Below, one piece after another: positions 15,939 through 30,021 of a stretch of DNA of 64,000 bases. Made by a program: the position numbers and the translations under genes. The DNA is from the human T2T-CHM13v2.0 reference genome, Homo sapiens. The notes beneath the pieces were generated by a model. It did no database searches and was not told where the DNA came from. It saw only the letters and a list, made by a program, of their open reading frames with translations. Within the stretch, counting starts at the first letter, position 1. Each line of letters begins with the position of its first letter. The DNA is taken from assembly GCF_009914755.1 (NCBI RefSeq), contig NC_060930.1; one strand, 5' to 3'.

Positions 15939-18419
15939 CCAGCAGCTGACTTTGAACGTGGTAGTGGGCATTATTCCAAGCACACTTATGAGGTATACAC
16001 AGTTATTACCCCCATTTCACAGATGAGGAAACTGAGGCATTACAGAGTTGAAGTAACCTGTGCCATGTTACAAGGACAAGAGGCAAAGCTGGTGTCTGAA
16101 CTCTGAACTCTAAAGTAGTTGGCTTTAGAGTCTGCAAGTTGAGCCATACACAGTCACCTGCCTCTCTGCATAGGAAACACAGCATGTTTAGAAACACCGT
16201 CCTTATCCTTCTCCCCAAAACCAGGCGTGTGGGTGAGAGATCTTAGAGCACAAGAAAACGAAGCAACTTCCCCAAGTAGCACCTGACTTAATGTGGGATC
16301 TTGCCACCGAGTCATGAGAAAATCCAGTATACATTTAAGTGAAGTGAAGAGCAGGTTGGAAAGAGTGAGAGGAGGGGGCATGGAGGCAGTATCTGGTTAC
16401 TGCAGACCAAGGGGACCTGGATCTAGAAATTACAGAGGAGGGGTGAGTACAGTGATAGGCCTAAACACGGAGCACAGAATCGTCCCTCAGGGAACAAAAA
16501 AAAATGCAAGGCTGCTGAGGTATGAGAGTTGGGCCAGGCCACTGACGCTCCTTGATGACACTTTGGAGAGGAGGACCATGCACCAACAAAGTTTAAAAAG
16601 TAGAAAATAGACTGAATGGGTGGGAGATTTGGAAGAGCTAACTGAGGGGGAAGCAAGAGCTGAAGCAGCAGTTTCTGATGTCATTATTCATCTTAGTCCC
16701 ATTTTTGTGCTAATAGCAATAATCAGAATAATCAAATTTAACAGTTACGAGGCCAGACACTGCGCTAAGGGTTTTACATGCGCTGAGTTATAAAATAGAT
16801 GAACCTGCATTACAAACCTTGGTGATATTATTAATTACCTTATTGCCAGATAAAGAAACTGAATGTAAAGTCCATTTTACAGATGCAGAGCCAGAGGCTC
16901 AGAAAGAATAAGCCTCTTGGGTAAAGTTGTGCAGCTAGAAGTGCTGGGATTCAAACCCAGGCCGGGAATTGCACATGTACTTGTTTTACAGCTCCCTGTA
17001 GATTGTTAGTTCATGGAGGGCAATGACTTTGTCTCGTTGCCTTGGCAACTCCAGAACCTAGCACAGTACCTGGCACATAAGCAGTGCCCTTTAAATATTA
17101 GCTCGGACTTGTAGTCACTTTATATAACTTGTGGTTTTTTGAATGAATCAGTGAATGACTGAATGTACAAACTAATGGATGATTCTCTCCATTACTCCAG
17201 TACTGCTGGGATGGCTCCCACGGATGGGGTCTCGGTTGTGGTAGCTGGGGACTTACAAGGCTTTGGGGAACAACAGGGAAATTTTACTTGGTGGTTCCTG
17301 TAGCCACCACAGGAGTGGAGTGGAGAGGTGACCCACCATGGAGAACCATGTAACAGTGTTGGCTTTTCTCATGCTTTCATTTTGAGAGGGCAGAAAAGGA
17401 TCATGACCTGGGCCAGTGTGTGTATGGGGGCTGGGGCATTAGTGACCAGGTAGAGGGGAGGGAGGGCTCTGCTCAAGAGAAAGTAAATGAAAATACAAGA
17501 GAAACCCTCTAAAGAAAGAAAGTTGGAGAACTAGGTGCAGAGCTGAAGATCCAGAGGGAAAAAAATGGCAAAGTAATGTAGGGCGGCATGTGGAAGGAGG
17601 CCTGGGCCTGAATGCTGATGCTCTTGGGGAGAGGCCACAGCCATGGAGCTCACACAGAGCAGAAAGGGGATGGACCATCTCCCGGGTCAGGGGCTGTGGG
17701 GCTCTGGGACCGTAACACAGGAGCCATGCTGCTCTCTACAGGAGGGCAAGCCTTACAGGAGCCTTCACCTCTGGCTTGCTAAGCCTAAGAATTTTGGACC
17801 CAGTTGACCACAACTCGGGGGTATTGGGTGGGAGGAAGGACAAGTAAAGAGGAAGGGAGGGGTGTGGGCAAGTTATAGTTCCAGGGAAGGAATGTGTGGT
17901 GTCTTGTTAAACAGAAGGTGGAATAGCACATCTGGGGACAGGCTCTTTGGGAAAGCAGCAATGTTGGAGCTTTGAAATGTGCAAATGAGTTAGGGGAAGC
18001 AGGAGTCACAAGGGCAAGTCTCATTACAGAAGAAAACAGGGTGAAACAGAAGAAGGGGAAACAATGAAAATTGGAGAGTACTGAGTTTATAAGAAATGGA
18101 TATGCGGCATTTGGTGGAAACTGGCTTTGGACTTGGGAATAGGAGAACTGTAAATATGGATAATATGTAAACACCATTTATAATTTTAAAAATCTGGAGG
18201 GCTCAAATGAGATAATCTTTCTGAGGGCACTTTGACAAGTATGAAAGAAGATATTTGTGGCTAAGAGGAAAGGATACTGGGTGTGGAGTCTGAAAACGAG
18301 GGTTCGAGAGCCAGCTCTGCCTTGGGGGTAGACAAGTCATGGGTCTTCTCGTTTGGTTCTCTGTCCTCAGCCGGGAAAGCAGCAATGACTCTTCTTTCCC
18401 ACAATGGCTCTGAGGGGCC

Positions 18420-19075
18420 ATATTCATTTCCTAGGACTGTTACAACAAAGTACCACAAGCTGGGTGGCTTAACACAACAGAGACTTTTCCCCTTACAGTT
18501 CCAATATCAAGGTATTAGTAGGTGTCCTTCCTTGCCTCTTCCAGCTTCCGGAAAGCTAAGAGTTCCCTGGCTTGTGACAGCATCACCCCAGTCTCTGACT
18601 GTCTTCACATGGCCTTCTCTCCTCTACATGTCTGTGTCCTCTCCTCTCCTCTTTTTTTTTTTTTTTTTTTTTTGAGTTGGAGTGTCGCTCTGTTGCCCAG
18701 GCAACAGTGTGATCTCGGCTCATTGCAACCTTCGCCTCCTGGGTTCAAGTCATTCTCCTGCCTCAGCCTCCCAAGAAGCTGGGACTACAGGCATGTGCCA
18801 TCACATCTGGCTAATTTTTGTATTTTTAGTGGAGACGGGGGTCTCAGACTCCTGACCTCAGGTGATCCACCCACCTTGGCCTCCTACAGTGCTGGGATGT
18901 AGTCAAGAGCCACCACACCTGGCCCCTCTCCTATTCTTATAAGAACAACAGTCATTGGATTTAGGGACTACACTAAATGCAAGATGATCTCATCGCCAAA
19001 TCCTTAACTAATTACAGCTGCAAAGACCCTATTTCCAAATGAGGTCACGTTCTGAGATCCCAGGTGGACATACAT
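18420..19075 (-). mobile_element. MLT1 (MLT1C-like) MaLR LTR interrupted by an Alu
   Basis: tttcctaggactgttacaacaaagtaccacaagctgggtggctt...ctgcaaagaccctatttccaaatgaggtcac. Confidence 0.8.
18652..18924 (-). mobile_element. Alu (AluSx-like) with small internal deletions
   Basis: Reverse Alu lacking the tttcaccatgttggccaggctg segment. Confidence 0.9.
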
Positions 19076-19084
19076 TTAAAAAAA

Positions 19085-19300
19085 TTTTTTTAGAGACAGG
19101 ACCTTGCTCTTTCACCCAGGTTGGAGTACAGTGGCATAATCATAGCTCACTGCAGCTTCGACCTCCCAGGTTCAAGCAATCCTCTTGTCATGGCTTCCTG
19201 AATAGCTGGGACTACAGGCATACATCACCTTGCTCAGCTAATTAAAAACAAGTTTTTTTTTTTTTTGTAAAGACAGGGTCTTACTATGTTGCCCAGGCTA
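19085..19300 (-). mobile_element. AluJ, 5'-truncated
   Basis: atcatagctcactgcagc...caagcaatcctc...gggtcttactatgttgcccaggcta. Confidence 0.85.
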
Positions 19301-20981
19301 GACATGAATTCTGGGGGGACACTACTCAACACACTATAGGGTTCAAGCAGCAATGAAGCAAGAGCACCAAGTAGATTGAAAGTACTTTCCACATGCTTCT
19401 TCTTATTTCCCAGAAGCCACTCTCTTTCTAGTTTCTTGACACACACCTCTAATGGATGTCATTGCCCACAAGATAAAAACCCAAGCCCTCCAAGCTGGCA
19501 CTGTGGGCTTCAGTCACTTTTTCCAGTCTCTGTCCCTGACTTTTTCTCAACTTCCCCGCATCTTCTGCTCAATGATCTCAGCCAACTGCTTCCTTCTTAA
19601 TCTTTATGACCCAGTTGAAACTCCCAGAAAAGGAGTCTCATGCATTTACCCCCATGGTAAATGCTTCTGGTTCTGAATACCTTCGACAGAAATTATTTTG
19701 TTCTTTTACCTGCAGTTAATCAGCTCTCCAGACCCTCTTGGATCAAACTGACTTGAAGCCTGTCCTTCTGCATCTGCCAGGCATTGAAGACTGAGGAAGT
19801 GTTTGTTTCTTCTTTGGACCTCCAGAACCAAGTTTTGCACTTGTCACAATCTGGGTCCTGAGTAGCTTCCTGAATTATTTACTTCCCGATACACCAACTC
19901 TGTTCCTGCCATGATTTCGTCTCTTTTACCATGCATAGCTGCATATGCTGGTCGCCTTGATCCAAAGAGATGCTATTCTCCTTGGAGCTTCTGGGGCATC
20001 TAGCATCTATTCCCTTGTTTTGGTCCATTGTGCATCAGTCACTTGTTCATTCACAAAGATTCATGGAGCACTTAAGTTGCTTGGCTTTGTGCTGGACTCC
20101 AGTCATCCAGCCTGTGAGGCTGTCCTGTCATCCCATTCTGAGGGCAAGGGAATGGCTGCCATTGCCCATAGGATAAAAATCCAAGCCCCCCAGGTTGGCA
20201 CTGCAGTGGCTAGCCTGTTCCTCCTGGGCCTAACACCGTTCTTCAAGTGTTATACCTGCTTAATTGGACGGTTCCATTCAAATGGCTTTAGGTAATTCTT
20301 AAAGGGCAATGCCAAATGAAGGACTGAAAGTGCTGTGAGCATAACTGGGGGGGACTCAGCTCCCTTTCAGAAGGCCCCGCAAGAGAACCAAGTCCTGAAT
20401 TCTGTAGCCAATGTCAGAAATGAAGGGCCTGATGTAGGATGGGCCAGGCTTTGAGGAGTGGCTTTCCAGGGCCCACTGTCCTGCAGAAGGGGAGAACACA
20501 GCCCAGGTCTGCCTTCCACATTTGCCACAGTAGTGACTGTGCTGCCTCTCCCTTGGCCTCTGGAAAAATCCCTGGAGAAACCTTGTAGGGACCAGAAGGA
20601 AGCGGGAATATGTTGCTCTAATGTGATCACAGGCAGGGTTGGGAACTTGGGACAAATGGGCAGTGAGGACCGTTCCGTGCAGTGCACTATGCTGTGCAAT
20701 AAGGCAGGCTCAGATGACAAAGAGCATCCCTCTCTCCAGCTTGGCAGTAAAGCCCCAAGCCTTTCCTCCTGCACCAGCTAGGCAGCAGCATCCACCACCT
20801 CCTCCCCTGTGTCAAGGGGGACAAGATGGTGGTGGCGGGGGGGTGGGGGCAAATAATAAGCAGTATTGGTTCCAGATGCTTCTCTGGCCCAAGTATTTGA
20901 CATGCCTATGGGCAAATTGAAGATGCCTTGGGCAGCAGATAGACCACTGCCAAGGGTTCTTGGTGGAAGGGAGTCACTCAC

Positions 20982-21088
20982 CAGCATTGTTCTGCTGCTT
21001 GGTATTTTTGATGTAGGCAGAAAACTTGGAAAAGATGTCGATGCCCGCTGTGTTGGATTCCCGGTGTTTTGCAGCCAGTTTGGGGTAC
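20982..21088 (-). CDS. CLIC5: CLIC5 exon 4 ([35 protein letters not shown])
   Basis: tccattccag|GTACCCCAAA...AATGCTG|gtgagt; 107 nt, phase 2 to 1. The [19 protein letters not shown]...KQQNNA residues match CLIC5 as I recall it. Confidence 0.97.
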
Positions 21089-22439
21089 CTGGAATGGAGG
21101 ATGCAGTGTTCTGTGAATCAGTAGACTTGGAGCTCCTTTAAGGGTGAGCCTATCCCTATCATGATAAGCAATACTTCCCTTTCCAGCTGCATCTACAAAA
21201 TGTTTTGGGGGTCTTTATCCTCATACTATAGGGAGGGTGGGCATTCTCAGCCCTAGGGCATCCATAGAAGAAACCAGAGGCCAGTGAGGTGCTGAGATCT
21301 GCCTAGGGTGACACAGTCTGCTAGGCAAAGAACCAGAATGCCATTCAGGGGTCTCAGGATGTGTCCTTTTCTTGGGACCACCAATAAGGATGTGCCAGTG
21401 GGATGGCGCAATCAAAGTTCCCTCTGAGCTTGCCTCTCTATCTGGTAGGGTTCTCAACACTTCCCTTACCCGCTAAAATAACCATCTACTGCCAGTCCTG
21501 TGATTATAATCCTAGCTACACAGAGCTAATTCTGGGAGCAAGGAGAAGCCAGGTATGTTAGCATTAAACCATTTCTCCAAAGGAAGAATACCCACGGTCC
21601 TCTTCTGAAATGCCCTTACATGCTTATTATTTGTGTGCAGTAATAACATGCAGAAACTACCAAGCTCCAAAAAAGGACATGTGTTTTCAATTGTTTTATT
21701 TTATTTTATTTGGAGATACATTTGCAATGATCCAGCCCCCCTCTCTCTCTCTTTCGTAGAGTCTTTCATTTTGAAGCCACAATAATACAAGAGGCAGGCT
21801 GGAGTTAGAACGATTGGCCTTGAGACTGAAGGAGGTAAACTTGCTCATGTGGGAACCCAGGGCTTGGACTCATTAGCCCCATCAAAATGAAAAAAATCAA
21901 CTCAAATAAATATTATTTCATAAGCATTTTATGGGTATGGCCAGGTAGTGGTGGGAAGAGATGGGAGACAGTCGCCAGGCTATCATTATTTTCAATGAAT
22001 GTGCACCTCTGTGATCTCTGGGTGAATCGTTTTTGACTGTGGGCTGGTGGGTTGCCTTACGTTTAAAAAGCAAAATCCTTTTTGTTTGTTTTGATGTTTT
22101 TGATAGTTCGAACCAAACAAGACTTTAAAAAATATTTGTTGTTCTTTAATGCTTTTTTGTTCCTCAACTGGCCCATGAGCTAGGATTCCTTTTGGGGCCC
22201 CTTTTGGGGCCATGTTAGGTGGCTGTGTAATTTCAGAGATACTGCCATTGGAAGAGTCCAGCTCTCTGCTGTGAGGCAGATAAGGAAGGCATTATTGTCC
22301 TCCTTTTACATGGAAGGGAACTGGATACCTGAGAAGATAAATGTTGATGGCTAATAAATGGTGGAGGGACGATGAGAACCTGGTTTCCTGGCCCTACAGC
22401 AGTGTCCTTCCCCCTCCACTGCTTCTCTGGAAACAGTGA

Positions 22440-22680
22440 AAGGTAATTTGCATTGAGCACCTACTGTGCAGCAGGCAGGCACTGTTCTATTCCCTTTACA
22501 CGTATTCACCATTTACTCCTCAGAACAACTCTATTGGTACTATTATTAGCCTAATTTCCTACATGAGGAAACGGTGGCATAGAGAGGTTAAGCAATTTGC
22601 CTGAGGTCACATGGCTGCCTGGCAGAGCCAGGATCCCAACCCAGGCAGTTTCACTGTGGAAGACTAGGTTTTAAATTCCA
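22440..22680 (-). mobile_element. MIR
   Basis: attgagcacctactgtg...gaggttaagcaatttgcctgaggtcaca. Confidence 0.8.
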
Positions 22681-23566
22681 CATTGTGTGGCTTCTCATAA
22701 ACTCCGCTGTTGATTCTCAAAGCCCCAGAACCTTAAAGGCTGAGCTGCCCACCTTGGAGGAGCTGTCTCCATCCATCAGGAGGGGGTGCTTTGCACCGAT
22801 GCTCCACACACATGTCTTCCTGGGTATACTGAGAATCACCACATTCATCTGCTGTGGCTGGGGGCACACAGCAGGGCTTCCTGCAAGATACTAGGTAATC
22901 TACCAAGACACAGGAATTCAGTGTCATCTCTTTCTATTTTGGCCTTCTCACATAGAATCCAGCATGCTATTAGAATCGATAGACTTAAATTGCTATTAAC
23001 AAATGCCAAGTGTTCTTTGTTTCTCCTTGATAATGTAAAGACAGAAAGGCCTAGAAAATGCACCTCAGTGGACAGCTTGTTTGGGTTTCTTGCTTTGTTT
23101 TGCTGTATCTCATCAATTGGTCAGACTTTCAGTCATCTGATCATTTCTTCACAATCAGGTTGGGCCAAACAGGGATGTGTGGTACCAAATCCAAGATGAT
23201 GACAGAGGATCGTGTATTCAGGGGGCTGTGGTGGTGTCATCCTGTTTCCCAAGCACTAGGACTCGTTGTGATTTTACTGTGTAGTGCAGTGTTCCATTTG
23301 AGCTTTGTTCTTGTGGGAAGTGCGTCTCTAAGATGTTAATCTCGCAACTTTCAGTAACTACACTGGGGGAGGATACTATATAGGATAAGTGCATTCATTT
23401 TACCTCCATATTTATGGCGTGTTTTAAATATGCAAATAAGCGGGCTACAAAGTACATTCTGTTTCTCTAAAAGGCTAAGGAAGAGTGTTTCACTCACAGA
23501 AACAGCTTTGAAATAACATTGGATGTGATCTGATGATAATCAAAGAGATGATAATTTTTTCTAACT

Positions 23567-23880
23567 CAGGAGTCAGCAAACTGTGACCCATGACCCCTAT
23601 TTGTCTGAGGTTCTCAAGCTAACAATGGTTTTCACATTTTTAAATGCTTGAAAAAAATCAAAAGGAGGATACTGTTTTGTGATACGTGAAAATAATATGA
23701 AATTCAAATTTCAGTGTTCATAAGTAAAATATTATTGAAACAGCAATGCCCATTCATTTACATACTAGTTTATGGCTTCTTTCACAGTGTCACTGTGGAA
23801 TTGTGACAGACACTGAAGGGCCCACAAAGCCAAAAATACATGACTATCTGACCTTTTACAGATAAAGCTGCTAACTCCTG
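23567..23880 (+). mobile_element. MER58B-like hAT element
   Basis: caggagtcagcaaact...gctaactcctg; 8-bp TSD (t/a)tctaact. Confidence 0.85.
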
Positions 23881-24769
23881 ATCTAACTGATGAAAATTTC
23901 TCTCCACCCGGTTTTTAGGATATCTTATTTCAAATGCATGCACTTAACTTTCATTCTGGGAAGTAAAACAGTTGGCTTCTCACCAAAAAAAAAAAAAAAA
24001 AAAAAAAAATTTTTCAAAAGTAGAAAATAGTAGCAAAAAAAGAGAAAACCATTGCAGATGGTAAGTGCCCTATCTGGTTTAGAGTCCCAGCTGACTTCTC
24101 ACTGACTAGCCACAGCCAACCAAGACACTGAACAAAAGGATACCCACCATGCAATTAAACCAATGTGCATGAAACACCTACTGAGGACTAGGCCCTGAGA
24201 TTGGTTTTGGGGATAGATACCCTGGAGAAAAAGAAAGACGGTCCTGATGGAATGGCCTTGCTGATGGCAGCTTAAGTGTTTTCCCTCCTTTTTCTCACGA
24301 GCTGAAAAGTGGAAAGACTTCCTCTCTCTCTCCCTTCTCCATTGTTCCCACTTCCTTACTTCATCAACCCCTCACACGTGAAGGACGTTAATGCATCTGA
24401 CTTTTCTAATCCTTGACTGTGTGCTTGTTTGACTCATGTCTGCTGTGTAAGCAAAAGATCTCTGGAGGTGGAAGAGGCCTGGCTTATTCATTAAAAGATA
24501 TCCCCTAGGATCTGGGGATTTAAGACCTAAGGTCACCAATTGTCTGTACAATTGCACCTGGGAGACAGACCCAAAACAGGCACTGGCCACTCTTTCTAAC
24601 TCCTTGAGCTTCCATTTAATGAGCTCTTACTTCATATCAGGCTCTAGGCTCATTAGTATTATTTTTTACAATAGCCCTATAAGATCAACAGTATGGTTCT
24701 TGTTTTAAAGATGTGAGAATTAAAGATTCTAGAGAATTCAGGTCATTTGCCTGTAGCGGAGAATATGCA

Positions 24770-25092
24770 TACTCACTAAATAGCCATGTAATTCTGTTTC
24801 CCAGCTTCTCTCTCACCTAAGTTGGGATCACGTGTGGATTCTGACCAATGGCATAGGAAGGAAAGTAATGTCACCATGACATTTTTTTTGCAGGCCTGGC
24901 CCTGCAAAACACTTTGGGAGATCTTTCTTCTCTCTCTCCCTGAAGGAGCCTTGGAGGGCATGTATTCCAAAAACTACAGGATGGAAGAGGGCCACCCTAC
25001 CCTCTCAGAATTTGCTCAAGTGAGAAATAAACCTGTGTTCTGTTAAGCAACTGGAATTTTATGGCCGCTTTGTTACTGCAACATAGCACAAC
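24770..25092 (+). mobile_element. MLT1 (H/I/J-like) LTR nested in a MIR
   Basis: ttctgaccaatgg...gagaaataaacct...gttaagc.actgg...tttgttactgca; MIR sequence on both flanks. Confidence 0.65.
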
Positions 25093-28000
25093 CTAGTGGT
25101 ATGGATTTGAACCCGAGTCACTCTGACTCCAAACCTCCTGCCCCCAGCTACCATGCCATCCTGTGGGAGGTCTGGAGGCTGTTTCTCTACCTCCCAGAGG
25201 GTCAGAACTTTCTTGTTTTTTACTGTGGTGAGTTATCGCTATACATTTTGTAAAATAATGAATTCAAGTTGTCTTCCAATTCTGTCAGTGTTCTGAACCC
25301 TGTTGATACTTAAATCATTCTTGCTAGATGACTGACTAAATGACATGCTGTGTAAATAGACTGTATCAGTTTACCCTCCTGAATTTTTATTACAGCATCT
25401 ATGTGCTAGGATTATTTGAGACAATAACCAGCTCTGGAAGAGTACTTTGAGAAACTCATGGAATTGTGGAACATGCAACAAAAGACATCTTGGAGACTAT
25501 GTAGTTTCACCCCCTCATTTTAGAGATGAGAAGGCAAGGAGGGTCTGAGCGGGAGAGAGGCTTGTCCAAGGTCATATGACAAACACTCATAGAGAGGTGG
25601 CCAGAGGCAGGGCTCCTGACTCTCAGTGCTGAATCCTAGAAACTTTGGCCACTTCAGGAGATGAAAGGCAAGGGCCAGAATGTCTCAACAGTAATCCCAG
25701 CATTAATCACAACACTTCCTTGTCGTGTGTTCACTAGATCAATCTAAGGAGAGGGATGGATGTTAGTCTCATTTAGAAACAACTTGATACTTCCTGGATT
25801 CCTCATTTTGACACCAAATGCTCCCTGGGATCAAATGTGATTTGAAAAAAATGGTTGGAGTGTTTGTATGTGGTTTTCTCCTTTAAAAAATAAAGCTAAG
25901 GGAAAAAGCCTCCCATAATGTGTTGGCTTTTGGCAGCTTTTACAAATAGTGGTATGATGAGAAACACATGGCCGACCAGCGCTTGGTGAATGGTTATGAG
26001 GGTTTTGCTGCCCCCTAGAGAACCAGAAGGCCAGGCTGTCCTGCTCCAGAGGCCTGACAACCTCCCAGCCACTCCATCTCCCAGCCTGAGTCGCTGGGGA
26101 AGCTGGTGAGGCTGGTGGTTTGTTCTGGGCAGACCAGCAGGTCTCTATGGGGCTGAGGCACTGGCTTGGTGACATTTACTGGGAGGTAATTGTGGCACCT
26201 GCCTCAGTCTGATGGGTGCAAAGGCATCTAAGGTATAATCCTGGGATGCTCTGGAATACTTGATGGCCTCACCCTTGGCGCCCCCACCTTGGTAGGCTTC
26301 TGGAGATATGCATTTTAACAGCATCAAGCGTTCTGCTACCTGAGAGTAGTGGATTGTTAGGTCACTAACATGGCAGGAATGCACTTCATAAAACCTCCTA
26401 TACACAACTGCAGTCCAGAGAAGGACCTGGACCAGCGGGAGCAGAGCTCAGGACAGGGAAGGTAGGTGGAGAGGAGGGAGTGGAGGGAGGGTCCACATCC
26501 AGCCCTGCCCAGCTCTATTTGGATCATGGAAACTTAGAATCTGATGAAATGATGACGAAGTCAGATGATGACTCGCCTCTGGAAGAATGTTCAAGGACGC
26601 ATGGGGCATACAATTCCAGTGATCTCTGCCCACCTTGTGGTCCCACCGTGGTTGCAGATTGGAGACCCCTGAGTTAGAGAAGCAGCCCAGGAAAGGCACA
26701 GTTGCACTGGGGGTGGTGTGGTAGTGGTGAGGGAACCTGGCTAAAGGGCATGTGAAGAATCAGAGAGCAAGAAGGGCTCTGGGAGATATCCTGTCACAGA
26801 GAAGGGAACTGAGTCCTAGAGCAGAGAAGAGACTGGTTCAAGAGGTGAAGGGACTGGCTCAAGAGGTCACAGCACATCACTAGCAGACTAGGATTGTACC
26901 CCAGCCCCTCACCCCTCCATCCACTGCCTGGCAACAGACCAAATGGGCCCCTCTGCTCCTCACTGCTTCCACTTTCCACTTCCTAATGATCATGACGGAA
27001 GCCCCCACTCCTGAGTGCCAGTGTTACTTCTAAGAGGGAAAATGTTAACTGCGTCATGAACTTTCCTCTATGGGTCTCCCAGGCAAAGTCTAAACTCTAG
27101 TTATTGAAAAGAGCATTTTTTTTCATGTGGGATTTCAAATCAGTGCTAGCAATGAGGTTGAGTCCCGGGGAGGGGGATGGAGTCTGGGCTCCCTCAGGGC
27201 ACTTCCAGTGAAGTGGCTGGCTGGTGTCCTCTTCAGAGATGTGTGTGTGTATGTGGGGCTGTCCTATTGATTTAATTAATGCACTTATTTAGAGTCTATA
27301 CTCAGCTGCTTCCAATGGGCTTGAGGTGGCTTTTTCACTCTCAGTGTGCAAATAAGCTGACTGAATATGGATGACAAAGAATATTTTTAAGGAAGAATAT
27401 ATGATTGTTTAAGGCTTATTTGGAGCATGACTGGCAGTTTTAATTTTTTAACAGCAATTCACTAGATGTGCAACCTTGGGTAAGTGACTTACTCTCTCCC
27501 TGTCCTGACTGTGAAATGAGGATAATGATAGTACCTAGGATGCTAGAAGGATGAAATGAATCATATTAGCTAAGTGTTGTGAATGGTGCCTGACACAAAA
27601 TGAAGGCTATAAAAGTGTTGATGAATAAATAAAACTTTAAAATAAATGCAGGATGGTGGTTTTTAGTAGTCAAATCTCACTAACTTTACTTACTCAGTAT
27701 GTCCTGAACCCTTCCTACTCCTCTCCCCCGATTTTCCTGCCCTGTCTTGGCTTAGCCCTTCATTCGTCCTGCCTGGACAGTCACCAATGGCTCCCCAGAA
27801 TTAATTCCTCTATCTCCAGCTTCATGGTCCTCTAGGATACCGACTTCCCTCAACCTCTAAAGTAGGTCTTAAAACGGACTCCCCACCTCCTGTGCTTAAT
27901 CCCTTTCAGAATATCCCACAGGACTCACTACAGGATAATACCCTACAGGATAAAGTTCATGCCTCACTCTATATGTAATATTATTTTTCTAGTTTTTTCA

Positions 28001-28690
28001 AAAATTGTGATTGTTTTAATCCTTGATAATAGTATTCTTTAATGAACAAGTCTAGCTTGGGTAAATTTTAGAAGCCATCTGTCTTCTTTTTACTGCTCTT
28101 TTCCATCAGTAGCAATGTGTCACCCAACAAGAACTTATAGCTCTACGGTCTATACTCTCCCTGAACCTGTTTGCAGAAGAGGAGCTGCTGCTTTTAGTTG
28201 ATTTTTTTCATCTGTTTAATTGTGGACTCAGACCAGATTTGGTCAGGTTTAAGACCCTGGATGTTGTTTTAAGTCACTGGGTTACCCTTTCCTGACTTAT
28301 TTTCATTCTGTCAGGCTTTCGGCTCTGGTTCTGAAATGAAGGAAACTTTGTCCTCACTTCAACGTCTTCCAAGCAAAGTGAGCTGGAGAGAAGGAACATA
28401 CTGGGGCGAGGGAGGCCTGGTATCCTAGGGCTCCTAAAATCACTCTGTGTAGGTAGGAGTGACTGGCTCTTGTTCATAGGCCATATCTACTCTTGAGTGG
28501 ATTTTGTGGAGTGGTTTTGAGATTGGCAGCCCTTTGGGGGTCCTAGGCTCTCTCTTTGAAGAAAGGGTCCTGTTCTCTGGACTGGTGAGGTTCCTTTGGA
28601 AATGCATCTGCCCGAAGTTAACACCAGGACTTTATAGATCCAGCATGAACCCTTCCCATTCAACAGCCCCAGAAAGAAACAGATCCTTAC

Positions 28691-28816
28691 TTTTCAGGGG
28701 TCAAGGTCTCCTCCAGGAACTCCTCGATCTTATTGACGTCTGTCTTCACGTCCCCGTTGAAGGTCAGGAAGGGCGGGTGCGTGCCGGGGGCTAGGTTGTG
28801 CAGGTCAGCTGGCTTT
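28691..28816 (-). CDS. CLIC5: CLIC5 exon 3 ((R)[41 protein letters not shown](K))
   Basis: ctctctacag|AAAGCCAGCT...CCTGAAAA|gtaagg; 126 nt, phase 2 to 2, in frame with both neighbouring exons. Confidence 0.97.
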
Positions 28817-29715
28817 CTGTAGAGAGAGCAAGATTCAGGTGTTGGCTTACAGCAGGGTGCTTCCTGTTCTGGGAAACCTAAGATTGATTGTAACTTAGAT
28901 GCCCTGTGCTATCCAACATGCCTGTCAGGTGAAACAGATTTATGGTATGCAGTATAGGGCAGGGGAGGTTGGAGAAAGTTCTGAAAGAATGTGGTGTGAC
29001 CCAGGAAGTGTGTCCAGTGGAGTCAGTGAGAGAGGAACAAGTCAAGATGAAGGAGTTGAAAAAATGAAAGAATTGAAAAAATGGAGAGAATCCAGGTGAC
29101 TATCTAAGTCAGATCCAAGCTTTAATTACCCAGGGGAGAGGTGGGGTTTTGCTTTTAAAAGCTCTTTCACCAATCTGCCTAACAAAAATGCGCTACACAT
29201 AATTCCATACTTTAAAAATTAATGAATTAGATCATACTTTTCTCCTAATAAATATCTCCAGATACAAAAAATTGGGAGTTTGGGCCATTTGTTCAAGTTA
29301 GATGCTTCTATTGTGTGTAACTTATATTTTAATATCTAATAACTAATGTCTAACATTGGTCAGCCTTTTGTCACACTCAACAGAATACTCTTTTTGAGTT
29401 ATAAACAGCCCCTGATATGGTCTTTGGGTAGCCAGGAAAATAAACAAACTATTAGATTGAAAACAAAACTATTAAATGAAGATGTTTTCAAAAGTCTTCT
29501 TATTGCTAAGATTATTCCTCCACAAACACCAGGTAGGCTATTACCAAGGATTCTGAACCAAGAACCTCCTACTGGTGAGTAAGAAGATACCTGAGAGAAA
29601 GCCTTACGATTCAAGCTCCATGAGGGAAAGGACCCAGAACCATGCCTGGCATATAGGAGGCCCTCAGTAGATACATATTTTTAATGGCTACATGAATAAA
29701 GCATGCATTTTTGAT

Positions 29716-30021
<306 letters not shown>

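Noticed and set aside
28504-28794. 96-aa plus-strand ORF overlapping exon 3
   Set aside because: Antisense shadow of the real CLIC5 exon.
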